Source: Deltaproteobacteria bacterium (GTDB lineage: Bacteria > Desulfobacterota > Dissulfuribacteria > Dissulfuribacterales > QOAL01). From it: a DNA stretch of 64,000 bases. Where the stretch lies: NCBI GenBank assembly GCA_024275145.1, contig JAJRZR010000111.1, positions 7,466 to 71,465 on the forward strand, given 5' to 3'. The translations under genes and the position numbers were made by a program. This document shows positions 36,037-46,002 of this stretch, in pieces; the stretch's first letter is position 1, and every line of letters starts with the position of its first letter. Below the pieces are notes generated by a model that saw only the letters and a program-made list of their open reading frames with translations, made no database searches and was not told where the DNA came from.

Positions 36037-36878
36037 TGAGACCAAGATCGGTCCGTATCAGGAGATCCATAAACGTACTCGCCCTGGTCTGTTCCCTTGT
36101 GGCTGCCCTAATAGGCCTGGTATTCCTCATATGGATACTGGCTGAGGTGATTGTAAAGGGTGCTTCATGCATAAACTGGGATTTCTTTACCCAACTGCCG
36201 GTTCCTCCAGGGGAAGAGGGTGGTGGACTGGCCAATGCGATGCTAGGTACGGTCATCATTACAGTCGTTGCAACGCTCCTGGGGGTGCCCCTTGGGATAT
36301 TGGCAGGTACATATCTGTCTGAATTTGGACGTAACAGGTTTGGAGATACCATTCGATTCTTATCCAATATCTTTGTCAGTGCACCATCAATTGTCATAGG
36401 TGTATTCGTCTATGCCATCCTGGTGGTCCCCTTGGGTGGATTTTCAGGACTTGCAGGCGGTGTATCCCTTGCAATCATAATGCTGCCCGTTGTTACCCGG
36501 ACCACTGAAGAAATGTTACGTCTTGTACCCAACAGTGTCAGGGAGGCGGCCCTCGCCCTTGGGGCGCCCTACTGGCATGTAGTGTGGCAGGTGGTATATC
36601 GGAGTGCAAGGGCTGGTATGTTGACAGGGATCATACTTGCCATAGCAAGGGTATCCGGTGAAACAGCACCCCTTCTTTTTACGGCCTTAAACAGTCCTTA
36701 TTGGCCTGAGGGTCTCATGGAGCCCATGGCAAATCTTACAGTTACCATTTTCAACTATGCCATGTCCCCCTATGATGACTGGCAGGTCAAGGCATGGGGG
36801 GCATCCCTGCTGATTATGCTGGCCGTGCTGGCCATGAATATAATTGCCAGGGTGTTCGTCCATAGGATGGGCAAATAG
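36033..36878 (+). CDS. pstA: Phosphate ABC transporter permease PstA
   Basis: 4-nt overlap with pstC. EAALALGAPYWHVVWQVV loop. Confidence 0.9.
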   Translation: MMRPRSVRIRRSINVLALVCSLVAALIGLVFLIWILAEVIVKGASCINWDFFTQLPVPPGEEGGGLANAMLGTVIITVVATLLGVPLGILAGTYLSEFGRNRFGDTIRFLSNIFVSAPSIVIGVFVYAILVVPLGGFSGLAGGVSLAIIMLPVVTRTTEEMLRLVPNSVREAALALGAPYWHVVWQVVYRSARAGMLTGIILAIARVSGETAPLLFTALNSPYWPEGLMEPMANLTVTIFNYAMSPYDDWQVKAWGASLLIMLAVLAMNIIARVFVHRMGK

Positions 36879-37129
36879 CTTGGCGTCCCAGGGGCGTGCT
36901 TCCATGCCCTTGGATGCGACATGTATGCGTGGATCGCATGAGGTTTTAGAGACAGATCTTTAAGGAATATCCATGTTGAGATCCCTGGCCACCCTCCTTG
37001 AGGGCAACGTTGTTATCTGGCAAGGGAGGGAGGCAGAGATTCCATGCAGCCCTTTCAGGATACGGATGATAGGGATGTTCCACCGTTTCCTGGCAGGCTT
37101 GAAGTTAGACGTGTGGCTACAGGAGATCC

Positions 37130-37906
37130 ATGATGTTTCTTCCCCCTGAAGTGGCGGTCAAGATAAGCGTCCGCAATCTTAATTTTTATTATGGAAAGGT
37201 CCAGGCACTATTTGACAATAGTCTGGATATAGCCGAAAAGAAGGTGACTGCCTTTATCGGTCCGTCCGGGTGTGGAAAGTCTACCCATATCCGTACATAT
37301 AATCGTATGTATTCCCTTTATCCTGATCACCGGGCGGAGGGCGAGGTCAAGATCGATGGCAAGAATATATTGGAAGACGATGTTGATCTGATCGATTTGA
37401 GGACCAGGGTGGGCATGGTCTTTCAGAAACCCACCCCCTTTCCCATGTCCATATTCGATAATGTAGCCTATGGCATCAGGCTGAAGGGCCGATTCAGCAA
37501 GTCCGAGCTGGAAGGCAGGGTGGAGCAGGCATTAAAGGACGCTGCACTATGGGACGAGGTAAAGGAAAATATACATACTATAGGAACCGCACTCTCGGGA
37601 GGGCAGCAGCAACGCCTATGTCTTGCCAGGGCCATCGCCGTTGAGCCGGAGGTAATACTCATGGATGAACCCTGTTCCGCCCTTGATCCGGTAGCTACCT
37701 ATAAGATAGAGGATCTGATCGACCGTTTGAAGGAACGCTTTACCATCATAATCGTTACCCATAACATGCAGCAGGCAGCCAGAGTGTCGGACTATACCGC
37801 CTTTTTTTATTTGGGGCGGTGTGTGGAATTTGGTCCCACTGATCAACTCTTTACCAAGCCGGTCAAGAAGGAGACCGAGGACTATATCACCGGTCGTTTT
37901 GGATAG
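37130..37906 (+). CDS. pstB: Phosphate ABC transporter ATP-binding protein PstB
   Basis: Walker [10 protein letters not shown], signature LSGGQQQRL and Walker [12 protein letters not shown]. PstB-typical FYYG near the N-terminus. Confidence 0.9.
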   Translation: MMFLPPEVAVKISVRNLNFYYGKVQALFDNSLDIAEKKVTAFIGPSGCGKSTHIRTYNRMYSLYPDHRAEGEVKIDGKNILEDDVDLIDLRTRVGMVFQKPTPFPMSIFDNVAYGIRLKGRFSKSELEGRVEQALKDAALWDEVKENIHTIGTALSGGQQQRLCLARAIAVEPEVILMDEPCSALDPVATYKIEDLIDRLKERFTIIIVTHNMQQAARVSDYTAFFYLGRCVEFGPTDQLFTKPVKKETEDYITGRFG

Positions 37907-37908
37907 TC

Positions 37909-38556
37909 ATGTCGATCATCACCATAGATGGCCCTGCAGGGGCCGGTAAGAGCACGGTCAGCAAGGAGCTGGCTCGCCGTCTCGGGTTTACCTACCTCGA
38001 CACCGGTGCCATGTACCGGGCAGCGGCCTGGTTTGCCAGATCACGTGGTATAGACTGCCGGGATTCCAAGGCCGTTTCATCCATATGCCCTGATCTTGAT
38101 ATTCATTTCGAAGATCAGCGCATTCATGTTAACGGGAAGGATGTCTCACACTTGATACGCACCCAGGAAATGGATGCCTTGTCGTCGGCAATCTCCCGTA
38201 TACCCGAATTGAGGGAGCAGTTGACCAGGATTCAGCGGGAAATGGGGCGGAAGGGAAACCTGGTGGCAGAGGGCAGGGACATGGGTACAGTGGTATTTCC
38301 GGATGCCGATTTCAAGTTCTTTCTTATGGCCTCAGCAGAAGAAAGGGCCATGAGGAGAAAAATTCAACTTGATAGTTCGGGTGAAAAAGTGTTATATGAA
38401 AATATATTGTTGCAAATAAAAGCTAGGGATCGGGCCGATGCCAACCGTTCCGTTGCCCCACTCAGGCCTGCTCCGGACGCTGAGATCATTGATTCTACCG
38501 GACTTGATGTCGATGATGTCATAGGAATAATGCTTGCAAAGATAAAAGGGAAATAG
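37909..38556 (+). CDS. cmk: Cytidylate kinase
   Basis: IITIDGPAGAGKSTVSKELARRLGFTYLDTGAMYRA. Confidence 0.9.
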   Translation: MSIITIDGPAGAGKSTVSKELARRLGFTYLDTGAMYRAAAWFARSRGIDCRDSKAVSSICPDLDIHFEDQRIHVNGKDVSHLIRTQEMDALSSAISRIPELREQLTRIQREMGRKGNLVAEGRDMGTVVFPDADFKFFLMASAEERAMRRKIQLDSSGEKVLYENILLQIKARDRADANRSVAPLRPAPDAEIIDSTGLDVDDVIGIMLAKIKGK

Positions 38557-38570
38557 GTTGCCGAGTTAGT

Positions 38571-39014
38571 ATGGAAAAGACGTTTCGTATTGATGAGTGC
38601 CTGGGGTTTATAGCCAACCGGCTGGTCAAGGTTTTTCACCGGGCATTCGATGAAAAGCTTACAGAATTTGGCCTGACCAGTGCCCAGTTCTGCGTGCTGG
38701 CAAAGTTGCTTGAAGAGGAGGGTCTTACCCAAACAGAGCTTGCCAACAGGTTGTATATAGAAAGTCCTACCCTGGTAAGGACCCTCGACAAGATGGAAGA
38801 GGCCGGTATCATAGAGCGCCGGCGTGACCCCAAGGACCGTAGGGCATACCACATATTCCTGCTGCCAAAGGGCAAAACCTTGAAGGATATGGTCCAGAAG
38901 GTGGGAAGACAGGTCCATGAAGAAGCTACCGATGGACTTACCAAGGAAGAGGTGGCAAATTTGAGGCTTTACCTATACAGGATCTGGAAAAATTTGGATA
39001 AGCCAAGGTCGTGA
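38571..39014 (+). CDS. MarR family transcriptional regulator
   Basis: Winged-HTH pattern: LTSAQFCVLAKLLEEEGLTQTELANRLYIESPTLVRTLDKMEEAGIIERRRDPKDRR. Confidence 0.85.
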   Translation: MEKTFRIDECLGFIANRLVKVFHRAFDEKLTEFGLTSAQFCVLAKLLEEEGLTQTELANRLYIESPTLVRTLDKMEEAGIIERRRDPKDRRAYHIFLLPKGKTLKDMVQKVGRQVHEEATDGLTKEEVANLRLYLYRIWKNLDKPRS

Positions 39015-39067
39015 TCCGAAAATTTTTTCCAAATTTAGATAGATATCTAATGTTTTGAGGTGAGATT

Positions 39068-39460
39068 TTGAGCAAAAAAATAAAATATCCCCGTCACTGG
39101 ATTTTCCTGATTGCTATTCTTTCCTTTATCGGCTTGTTGCTCGGATCGTGCACCAAGCGAGGGGTCATAGTCACCAAGGGGGCCCCAGAGGAACGGGAAG
39201 GCTATCAGGGATGGATAATGCTGGGTGATGCCGACGGCTCTCATATATACAACGAACTTTGTACCAGGGATCTGGCCAGGATCATCTCCATGGCCTCTCT
39301 CGATCCTGACGAAGGCCAGCAGCTATCCAATGCCATTTGCGGTAGCGATCCCTCTCCGGCCAAGGCCAAGGCCTTTTATGATAGGCTGTCCGATCCCAAA
39401 CGTGTGGATTTGTTCAAGGCCTTCGAGTTTTACGGTTATCATATAAACGGTTATGGGTGA
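39068..39460 (+). CDS. Hypothetical lipoprotein
   Basis: Signal peptide with lipobox LLLGSC. No recognisable family. TTG start as listed. Confidence 0.5.
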   Translation: MSKKIKYPRHWIFLIAILSFIGLLLGSCTKRGVIVTKGAPEEREGYQGWIMLGDADGSHIYNELCTRDLARIISMASLDPDEGQQLSNAICGSDPSPAKAKAFYDRLSDPKRVDLFKAFEFYGYHINGYG

Positions 39461-39574
39461 TAACCGCCCCTTGGCGGCCTGGCAGGCCGCCCATGCATCC
39501 CGGATTCTATACCGCTTGTCCCAATCCCAAACCTTCATGCGCCAGTAGCGTTGACACTGCATGGGGGTTTGAGC

Positions 39575-40315
39575 TTATTGACCTGCCGTATCTTCGGAAA
39601 ATAGCCTTTTCATGGTCAGCGCATCGAGTGCAGCACTGCCGTCATCCGTATTGTCGAAATAAATAAATGTATTTCTGCCCCAATTGACAATAGTTTCCTT
39701 ACATCCCATTAGCGATTCCTCTCCGTAGGAGCCGTGATAGAGGCTTCTAGGGCCATGGAGGCGAATATAGGCGGTATCAGATGTCGTCTTGAGGCTCATT
39801 GGGTAGCGGCCCGCGGTATCACTTACTACCCAGGTAATATTTCTCTCCTTGAATATCTTCCATACCTCGTCGCAGTGCCATGAGACATGTCTTGCCTCAA
39901 AGGCTGCGTTGATTTCGTGTGGCAATAGATCCAGGAACCTGATCAGCAAGTCCCGTTCATATTTCAGGCTTGGGGGTAATTGAAAGAGGCAAACGGCAAG
40001 CTTTTCTGATAGCAGTCTGGCGCTATGCCAGAATTTTTTGATGGATTCCCGCTCCACCTTCAGGCGCTTGATGTGGGTGATATATCTGGAGACCTTGACT
40101 GACCACAGAAAACCCGTCGGTGTGCGATCGTGCCAGCCATTCCATGTGGAATCAGGAAAGGACCTGTAGAAGGATGCATTCAACTCAACCGTGTCGAGCA
40201 ATCTGGCGTAGGTTTCCAGGAACCTGCGTTTGGGCGTTCCTGGCGGATATAACCTGCCTAGGAAGCTTTCATAGTTCCATCCACTGGTTCCAATATGTAC
40301 ACTAGGGGCACCCAC
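39575..40315 (-). CDS. DUF72 (UPF0759) family protein
   Basis: N-terminal IGTSGWNYESF and an overall DUF72-like sequence. The GTG start lies 1 nt after the kinase stop. Confidence 0.8.
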   Translation of the reverse strand: MGAPSVHIGTSGWNYESFLGRLYPPGTPKRRFLETYARLLDTVELNASFYRSFPDSTWNGWHDRTPTGFLWSVKVSRYITHIKRLKVERESIKKFWHSARLLSEKLAVCLFQLPPSLKYERDLLIRFLDLLPHEINAAFEARHVSWHCDEVWKIFKERNITWVVSDTAGRYPMSLKTTSDTAYIRLHGPRSLYHGSYGEESLMGCKETIVNWGRNTFIYFDNTDDGSAALDALTMKRLFSEDTAGQ

Positions 40316-40316
40316 C

Positions 40317-42485
40317 TCAGGTCATGGAGAGGATTTTCTGCATAAGCTCGGTCAGGTCCTTCAATCTGAAGGGCTTACACAATACGGCATCAACTCCCTT
40401 TGCCGACAGATCCTGATCCTCGTATTGGGCCCCCCAGCCGGTAAGCAGGATGACCCTTGGCGGCTTTTGTTTTCCCTTTGCCGTGGCGGCCACATCCCAT
40501 CCATTTATCCCGGGCATACCAAGGTCGGTAAGGACCACATCAAAATCGCCTTTTTCCAGAAAATTCACTGCCTTTCTCGAGTCGGTGAATCCCTCTACCT
40601 TGTGCCCCAGGCCTTCCAGCATAATAGTAAGGAGATCAACGATCTGTTCTTCGTCGTCCACGGCCAGAATCCTCAGTGGCGTCATGCATTTTTCCTCCTC
40701 TTTGGAAGGGATGCTAGAGGAAATTTCCTTTACCAGCGGCAACCGGATTTTGAATTTGGATCCTCTACCTACCTTGCTTTCTACGGTTATTATCCCGCCA
40801 GCGCTTGCGACAAGACCAAATGAAACACTGAGTCCCAGGCCCGAATTGCCAACATCCTTGGTTGTAAAATAGGGATCGAATATTCTGGCCTTGACCTCAT
40901 CATTCATACCCGTTCCGGTATCCTGAATCTCGAGTTCGGCGTAAGACTCCCTCGTATGCGCCCGGAATGACAGTGTTCCGCCTGCTGGCATGGCATCTGT
41001 CGCATTAAATACTATGTTTGTAATGACCTCCCTGAGTTCTGAGGGATGCATTGCCACCCAGATATTTTTATTCAGATCCAATTTAATGTCAATTTTTATT
41101 CCTTCCCTTTCGCAATCATCCTTCCACTTGGGCCGTGTAAGCTCAAGGGTATCCTTCACCACAGCCGCAAGGTTCGCCTGAATCTTTTCATCCGTCTTAT
41201 GGCCTTGGCCAAAGCCAGTAAAGGCCTGAAGCCTGCGTACTGAATGTGCACCATCGGTCACGGCCATTTCGATATTTTTGAGCCGTTTGAGCAGTTCTGT
41301 ATCGTTAATGCTCATCTCTAGCAGTTCCACATTCCCCAGGACCGTGGCCAGAAGATTGTTGAAATCATGGGCCACCCCACCTGCCATGGAGCCAAGCGCC
41401 TTCAATTTTTCTGCCTGTAGCAGCTTTTCCGTGAGCTGTTTCTGCTCACTAAGATCATGAATGACCAGCATATAACCAAGTTCTTCACGTGCGTTTCCCT
41501 TGAGAGGATGCAGGAATATATCCGCTGGAAAGGTGCTGCCGTTTCGCCTCAACAGGTCCACACTGGTTATTTTGAACAGCCTACCGGCACGCAAGGCCTT
41601 TCTAAGCTCTGCATAATCGGCTGCATCCTTGAACAACTTGGAAAGATTGTTGCCAACGATATAGCCTTCCGGGGATGAGAATATCCTAGACAATGCGCGG
41701 TTGACATGGCGTACGGTGCCGTTTCTCTCCAGAAGGCAGATACCCTGGGGTGCCGATTCTATTACCTGCTGCATATAGGCCAGGGATTCCCTCAGCTCCT
41801 CGTTGATGTGTCTCAGTTCCGTGGTCTTTGAATCCACCAGGTACTGAAGTTGATTGTGGCTGGCTGCAAGCTTTTCATGCAGTTCAGTTGCCTGAAGCAG
41901 GTGTCCAATGACACCGGCAAGTATTACCAGGTCCCTGCGTCTGTTGAGTGGCATTGATACGGGCCACGAGGCACTCAGGTTTATAACACCCTGGCAGGCA
42001 AGGGGAAGACATGCCAGGCTTACCGGGGGATTTATCCTGGAGCCTGGAAGCTCGGGCAACGGTCCTTCCTTGCGGCTGTCCTCAACAAAGGCAGGTGTTT
42101 GGGATTCATAGACCTGCCAGGCTATACCATGCCCCCTCTTGAATGTGAGTTTTCGATTGTACCCTTGCTCGGGTGCACCGGGCAATATGTGCTCTATCCC
42201 CTTTGCTGCAACAAGTTTCAATATGTCGTCCTTGGAATCATAGAGCAGGATAGATGCGTTCTCGAAGCCGCTTTCCTCGATGAGGATATCGACCACGCTC
42301 TTACACGCCTCTTCACAGGAAAGCCCCTCTATTATGCATTCTGCCAGGCGAAATACGATACCCATGGCCTGCATTTCCTTCCACTTCTCTTCCCTAGCAC
42401 GAAGGAATGCGGCTTTCAGTCTGTCCAAATTACATAGAGGGACCATGGCGCCGGTGTGTTTTGTTCCATGTTCTTCAATCGCCAT
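40317..42485 (-). CDS. Hybrid sensor histidine kinase (GAF-like, PAS, HisKA, HATPase, REC)
   Basis: H-box GGVAHDFNNLL. N/G boxes NIVFNATDAM, DTGTGM and GLGLSVS. C-terminal REC (ILAVDDE...DVVLTDLGMPGINGWD). Start chosen at 42485; the alternative is 42521. Confidence 0.85.
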   Translation of the reverse strand: MAIEEHGTKHTGAMVPLCNLDRLKAAFLRAREEKWKEMQAMGIVFRLAECIIEGLSCEEACKSVVDILIEESGFENASILLYDSKDDILKLVAAKGIEHILPGAPEQGYNRKLTFKRGHGIAWQVYESQTPAFVEDSRKEGPLPELPGSRINPPVSLACLPLACQGVINLSASWPVSMPLNRRRDLVILAGVIGHLLQATELHEKLAASHNQLQYLVDSKTTELRHINEELRESLAYMQQVIESAPQGICLLERNGTVRHVNRALSRIFSSPEGYIVGNNLSKLFKDAADYAELRKALRAGRLFKITSVDLLRRNGSTFPADIFLHPLKGNAREELGYMLVIHDLSEQKQLTEKLLQAEKLKALGSMAGGVAHDFNNLLATVLGNVELLEMSINDTELLKRLKNIEMAVTDGAHSVRRLQAFTGFGQGHKTDEKIQANLAAVVKDTLELTRPKWKDDCEREGIKIDIKLDLNKNIWVAMHPSELREVITNIVFNATDAMPAGGTLSFRAHTRESYAELEIQDTGTGMNDEVKARIFDPYFTTKDVGNSGLGLSVSFGLVASAGGIITVESKVGRGSKFKIRLPLVKEISSSIPSKEEEKCMTPLRILAVDDEEQIVDLLTIMLEGLGHKVEGFTDSRKAVNFLEKGDFDVVLTDLGMPGINGWDVAATAKGKQKPPRVILLTGWGAQYEDQDLSAKGVDAVLCKPFRLKDLTELMQKILSMT

Positions 42486-43407
42486 GTCTCCCGCTCCCGT
42501 TAGGCCCGAAAAGGACGGCAAAGAAATCGGCTACGACCTTGTCCAGACCCCTTTCTGCGTCCGTAAATTGGCTTAGCTCCTCCTCGGATATCCCTGCAAG
42601 GGTCAAGACCTCGGAGGCAGGTACCTGGATAGCCCCGGGTGTGCCTGGTGATTCAAAGGATTTGGATATGAAGGATGCAATCTGTACGAGTGATGCCTCC
42701 CTGGTAAACTTGCCTGCCTTTGTGGGGTTATGGTGGTAAAGGATCACCTCCCTTACGGGATCCGGCAGGCCCCATCTGACTGCAAGCCATGACCCGATCG
42801 TCGTGTGAGGTGAGCCGGTAACCAGTTCCGCCTCGAAGAGGCTGAGGCCCGAGTTCCTTTGTTGCAGTATGATCCTTTCAAAATAATCATGCATGACACT
42901 TGCAATGACAAGCCTTCCCAGATCGTGTAACAGGCCGAATAGATAGGCCTCTTCCGTGGCTAGCCAGTCCATCTTGGCCGCCATGTTCCTTGAAAGTATT
43001 GCCGTTAACAGACAATGGCGCCAGAAACTCGGCACATCAAAGGACGGTGCGAAGTTCATTCCCTTGAACTGTTGCGAAAGGCAGGTGGTGAGACATATGT
43101 TCTTTACCTCCTCCATACCGATGAAGACTATCGCCCTGTCGATACTGTTGATTTTTCCCCTGAGGCCATAAAAGGCACTGTTGGCTATTTTGAGCACCTG
43201 TGAAGCTATGCTTGGGTCCTTTTCTATTGCCTTCGTCACGGCCCTGGGGGTACAGGATTCCTGGTTGAGTAACCCGAGTAGACGTACCAATGCAGAGTCG
43301 GGCGCCGGGAGTGATTCAAGCTCGAGTACTCTTTCCCGGATGTCCAGAAAGATCTCGTTAGAGAGCACTTCTTGTGAAATATCCGTACTGTTGTCCATGG
43401 ATTCCAT
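42475..43407 (-). CDS. HDOD domain signalling protein
   Basis: HDOD pattern: DPSIASQVLKIANSAFYGL...IDRAIVFIGMEEVKNI...GLLHDLGRLV. Confidence 0.8.
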   Translation of the reverse strand: MESMDNSTDISQEVLSNEIFLDIRERVLELESLPAPDSALVRLLGLLNQESCTPRAVTKAIEKDPSIASQVLKIANSAFYGLRGKINSIDRAIVFIGMEEVKNICLTTCLSQQFKGMNFAPSFDVPSFWRHCLLTAILSRNMAAKMDWLATEEAYLFGLLHDLGRLVIASVMHDYFERIILQQRNSGLSLFEAELVTGSPHTTIGSWLAVRWGLPDPVREVILYHHNPTKAGKFTREASLVQIASFISKSFESPGTPGAIQVPASEVLTLAGISEEELSQFTDAERGLDKVVADFFAVLFGPNGSGRHGD

Positions 43408-43650
43408 CTTTAAGCGCCATCTTTTTTATTTCATTGGTGCCCTTAAATCCTTTATCGGAAGGAGCGATTCAATACTCAAATGGTGATGGTTTACCTTAAG
43501 ACAGATATGTACCCCATGGACGCTGCAATTATTTTTACATTGAGGTTGCCCTGCTGCGGCGTACTTGTTATAAATAAGCTATTCATGGAACCTTTATTCC
43601 ATCTAAAAAACACATTCAGATTAAGTAAGGGGATATCTATAAAGGAAATT

Positions 43651-43800
43651 ATGTTGTACAGCGTTGCTATTGTAAGGGGTCACCTGTTCCCCAAACCATA
43701 TCCCAGGTTGAATTCTGTAAGGGTACCTGTTGAAATAAGCTCTTTTCTTTGTCGATGGTGGCGGCAGTTGTCTCCCATGGTGACCTGTCCACACCTTTAA
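43651..43800 (+). CDS. Candidate trp operon leader peptide (49 aa, tandem Trp codons)
   Basis: ATG at 43651 after AAGGAAA. The peptide ...SSFLCRWWRQLSPMVTCPHL has TGG TGG at 43756..43761. The stop at 43798-43800 lies 31 nt before the attenuator hairpin. The start codon and length are uncertain. Confidence 0.4.
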   Translation: MLYSVAIVRGHLFPKPYPRLNSVRVPVEISSFLCRWWRQLSPMVTCPHL

Positions 43801-43831
43801 TTTCGATATACCAACAATATGCAGGCTTAAA

Positions 43832-43870
43832 GGCCGTGGACACGTAACATGTGTACCCGGCCTTTTTTTT
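43832..43870 (+). terminator. Intrinsic terminator / attenuator immediately upstream of trpE
   Basis: GGCCGTGGACACG-TAA-CATGTGTACCCGGCC (an imperfect stem of about 11 bp) followed by T8. It ends 45 nt before the trpE ATG. Confidence 0.65.
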
Positions 43871-43914
43871 GACGCCAACAAAGGGATCAAAATGGATTTT
43901 ATGGGACGAGAACA

Positions 43915-45393
43915 ATGATTAACCCGGATCTTAAACGATTCAAGGAACTGGCAGGGCAGGGAAACCTGATCCCGGTCTGCAGGACTATCGGAATGGATCT
44001 TGATACACCTGTATCCCTTTTTGCCAAGCTATGCAAGGATGAAAAGTATGCGTTTCTCCTGGAGAGCCTGGAAGGCGGGGAGAGATGGGGCAGGTACAGC
44101 TTCCTGGGGCTGGATCCATTCATCGTGTTCAGTTCCTCTGGCCAAGAGGTCCGTATCGAGAGGGATGGCAGGGTTCATCATATCCACACATCGAATCCAT
44201 TAGAGACGCTACGGGGCCTGATGGGGGATTTCAGGCCGGCAGGCACCTCCGGTCTGCCCCGTTTTTATGGAGGAGCGGTTGGTTATCTAGGATATGATAT
44301 GGTCCGTTTCATGGAGAGATTACCCAGGTTGCTTGAGGACAGGACAGGATTTAGTGATTCGGCCTTGATGTTTCCTCGCCTGGTATTGGTATATGACAAC
44401 CTGAAACAGACCCTCACCATCATCGTCAATCTGTTGATTGATGATGGTTCCAGCCTCGAATCGGTTTACAGAGAAGGAGTTGGGTCGATAGATGAGATGA
44501 TCCAAAGGATAGGCAGGGGATTGGACTATCAGGTGATACCGGCAAAGGCTAAGGTTACTACCCAGTTGGAACCTGAAATCGTCCAAGGCGATTTTGAGGA
44601 CATGGTTGGCAAGGCCAAGGAGTACATAAAGGCAGGTGATATTATACAGGTGGTACTGTCCCAAAGATTCTCAGGCAGGAACCATATACCCACCTTTGAT
44701 CTGTATCGTTCACTCAGGAGGATAAATCCTTCACCCTATCTCTATTATCTCAAAATGGCGGATGAGACCATTGTGGGTTCATCCCCTGAGATCCTTGTGA
44801 GACTTACTGCTGAAACCATCGAGGTCAGGCCCATTGCCGGTACCCGCCCAAGAGGCAGGGACGATGCAGAGGACAGGCGGTTGGAGCAGGAACTTCTTGC
44901 CGATCCAAAGGAAAGGGCCGAGCATCTCATGCTGGTGGATCTGGGCCGGAATGATGTAGGGAGAGTGGCCGAGCTGGGCAGTGTCCGCGTTGAGGACCTT
45001 ATGACCATCGAACGTTACTCCCATGTCATGCACATAGTCAGTGGGGTAAAGGGAAGGCTTGCAAGGGGCAGGGACATGTTTGACGTGCTAAGGGCGTGTT
45101 TCCCGGCTGGAACCGTTAGCGGCGCTCCAAAGATAAGGGCCATGGAGATTATAGAGGAGCTTGAGCATTTTAGACGTGGCCCCTATGCCGGGGCTGTAGG
45201 TTATTTTGGGTTTTCCGGGAACATGGATCTTGCTATCACCATAAGGACCCTGTGTCAGAAGGCAGACATGCTGTATCTGCAGGCGGGGGCGGGTATCGTG
45301 GCAGATTCCGATCCTGCCAGGGAGTGGGAGGAAACCATCAACAAGGGAAAGGCCCTTATGCGGGCACTGAAGGCGGCGGAAGGGATGGATTGA
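43915..45393 (+). CDS. trpE: Anthranilate synthase component I
   Basis: LLESLEGGERWGRYSF, IAGTRPRG, GAVGYFGFSGNMDLAITIRT. Confidence 0.95.
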   Translation: MINPDLKRFKELAGQGNLIPVCRTIGMDLDTPVSLFAKLCKDEKYAFLLESLEGGERWGRYSFLGLDPFIVFSSSGQEVRIERDGRVHHIHTSNPLETLRGLMGDFRPAGTSGLPRFYGGAVGYLGYDMVRFMERLPRLLEDRTGFSDSALMFPRLVLVYDNLKQTLTIIVNLLIDDGSSLESVYREGVGSIDEMIQRIGRGLDYQVIPAKAKVTTQLEPEIVQGDFEDMVGKAKEYIKAGDIIQVVLSQRFSGRNHIPTFDLYRSLRRINPSPYLYYLKMADETIVGSSPEILVRLTAETIEVRPIAGTRPRGRDDAEDRRLEQELLADPKERAEHLMLVDLGRNDVGRVAELGSVRVEDLMTIERYSHVMHIVSGVKGRLARGRDMFDVLRACFPAGTVSGAPKIRAMEIIEELEHFRRGPYAGAVGYFGFSGNMDLAITIRTLCQKADMLYLQAGAGIVADSDPAREWEETINKGKALMRALKAAEGMD

Positions 45394-45438
45394 CAACCTT
45401 TGTGTTTCGATGGAATCCGGATTTCAAGGACAAGGCAC

Positions 45439-46002
45439 ATGATAGTTATTATAGATAACTATGACTCCTTCACATACAATATCGTCCAGGCAATAGGTGA
45501 GCTTGGGGCCCAGATGAAGGTGGTCAGAAACGATGAGATCACAGTTGACCAGATCGAGGGATTAGAGCCAACGCATCTATTGGTGTCACCTGGTCCGTGT
45601 ACACCCGAACAGGCGGGCATCTCGGTGGAGGCGATTAGACGGTTTGCCGGAAGGCTCCCGATCCTTGGGGTATGTCTTGGACATCAATCCATTGGTGCGG
45701 CTTTTGGTGGACGGATAATCAGGGCAGACAGATTGATGCACGGCAAGACCTCCATGATCAGACACGATGGCAAGGGCTTATTTCACGGGCTTGCCAACCC
45801 GTTCGAGGCCATGCGGTATCATTCCCTCCTGGTGGAGGAGGATAGTCTTCCCACCTGTCTGGTGGCAACGGCCTGGTCTGGGCAGGGCGAGCTCATGGGG
45901 ATTCGTCACCGGGAACTGCCCATAGAGGGGGTACAATTCCATCCTGAATCAATCATGACCCCTGAAGGCATTAAATTGCTCAAAAATTTCGTGGAGATGT
46001 AG
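45439..46002 (+). CDS. trpG: Anthranilate synthase component II (glutamine amidotransferase)
   Basis: MIVIIDNYDSFTYN, catalytic GVCLGHQ, and HPES near the C-terminus. Confidence 0.95.
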   Translation: MIVIIDNYDSFTYNIVQAIGELGAQMKVVRNDEITVDQIEGLEPTHLLVSPGPCTPEQAGISVEAIRRFAGRLPILGVCLGHQSIGAAFGGRIIRADRLMHGKTSMIRHDGKGLFHGLANPFEAMRYHSLLVEEDSLPTCLVATAWSGQGELMGIRHRELPIEGVQFHPESIMTPEGIKLLKNFVEM

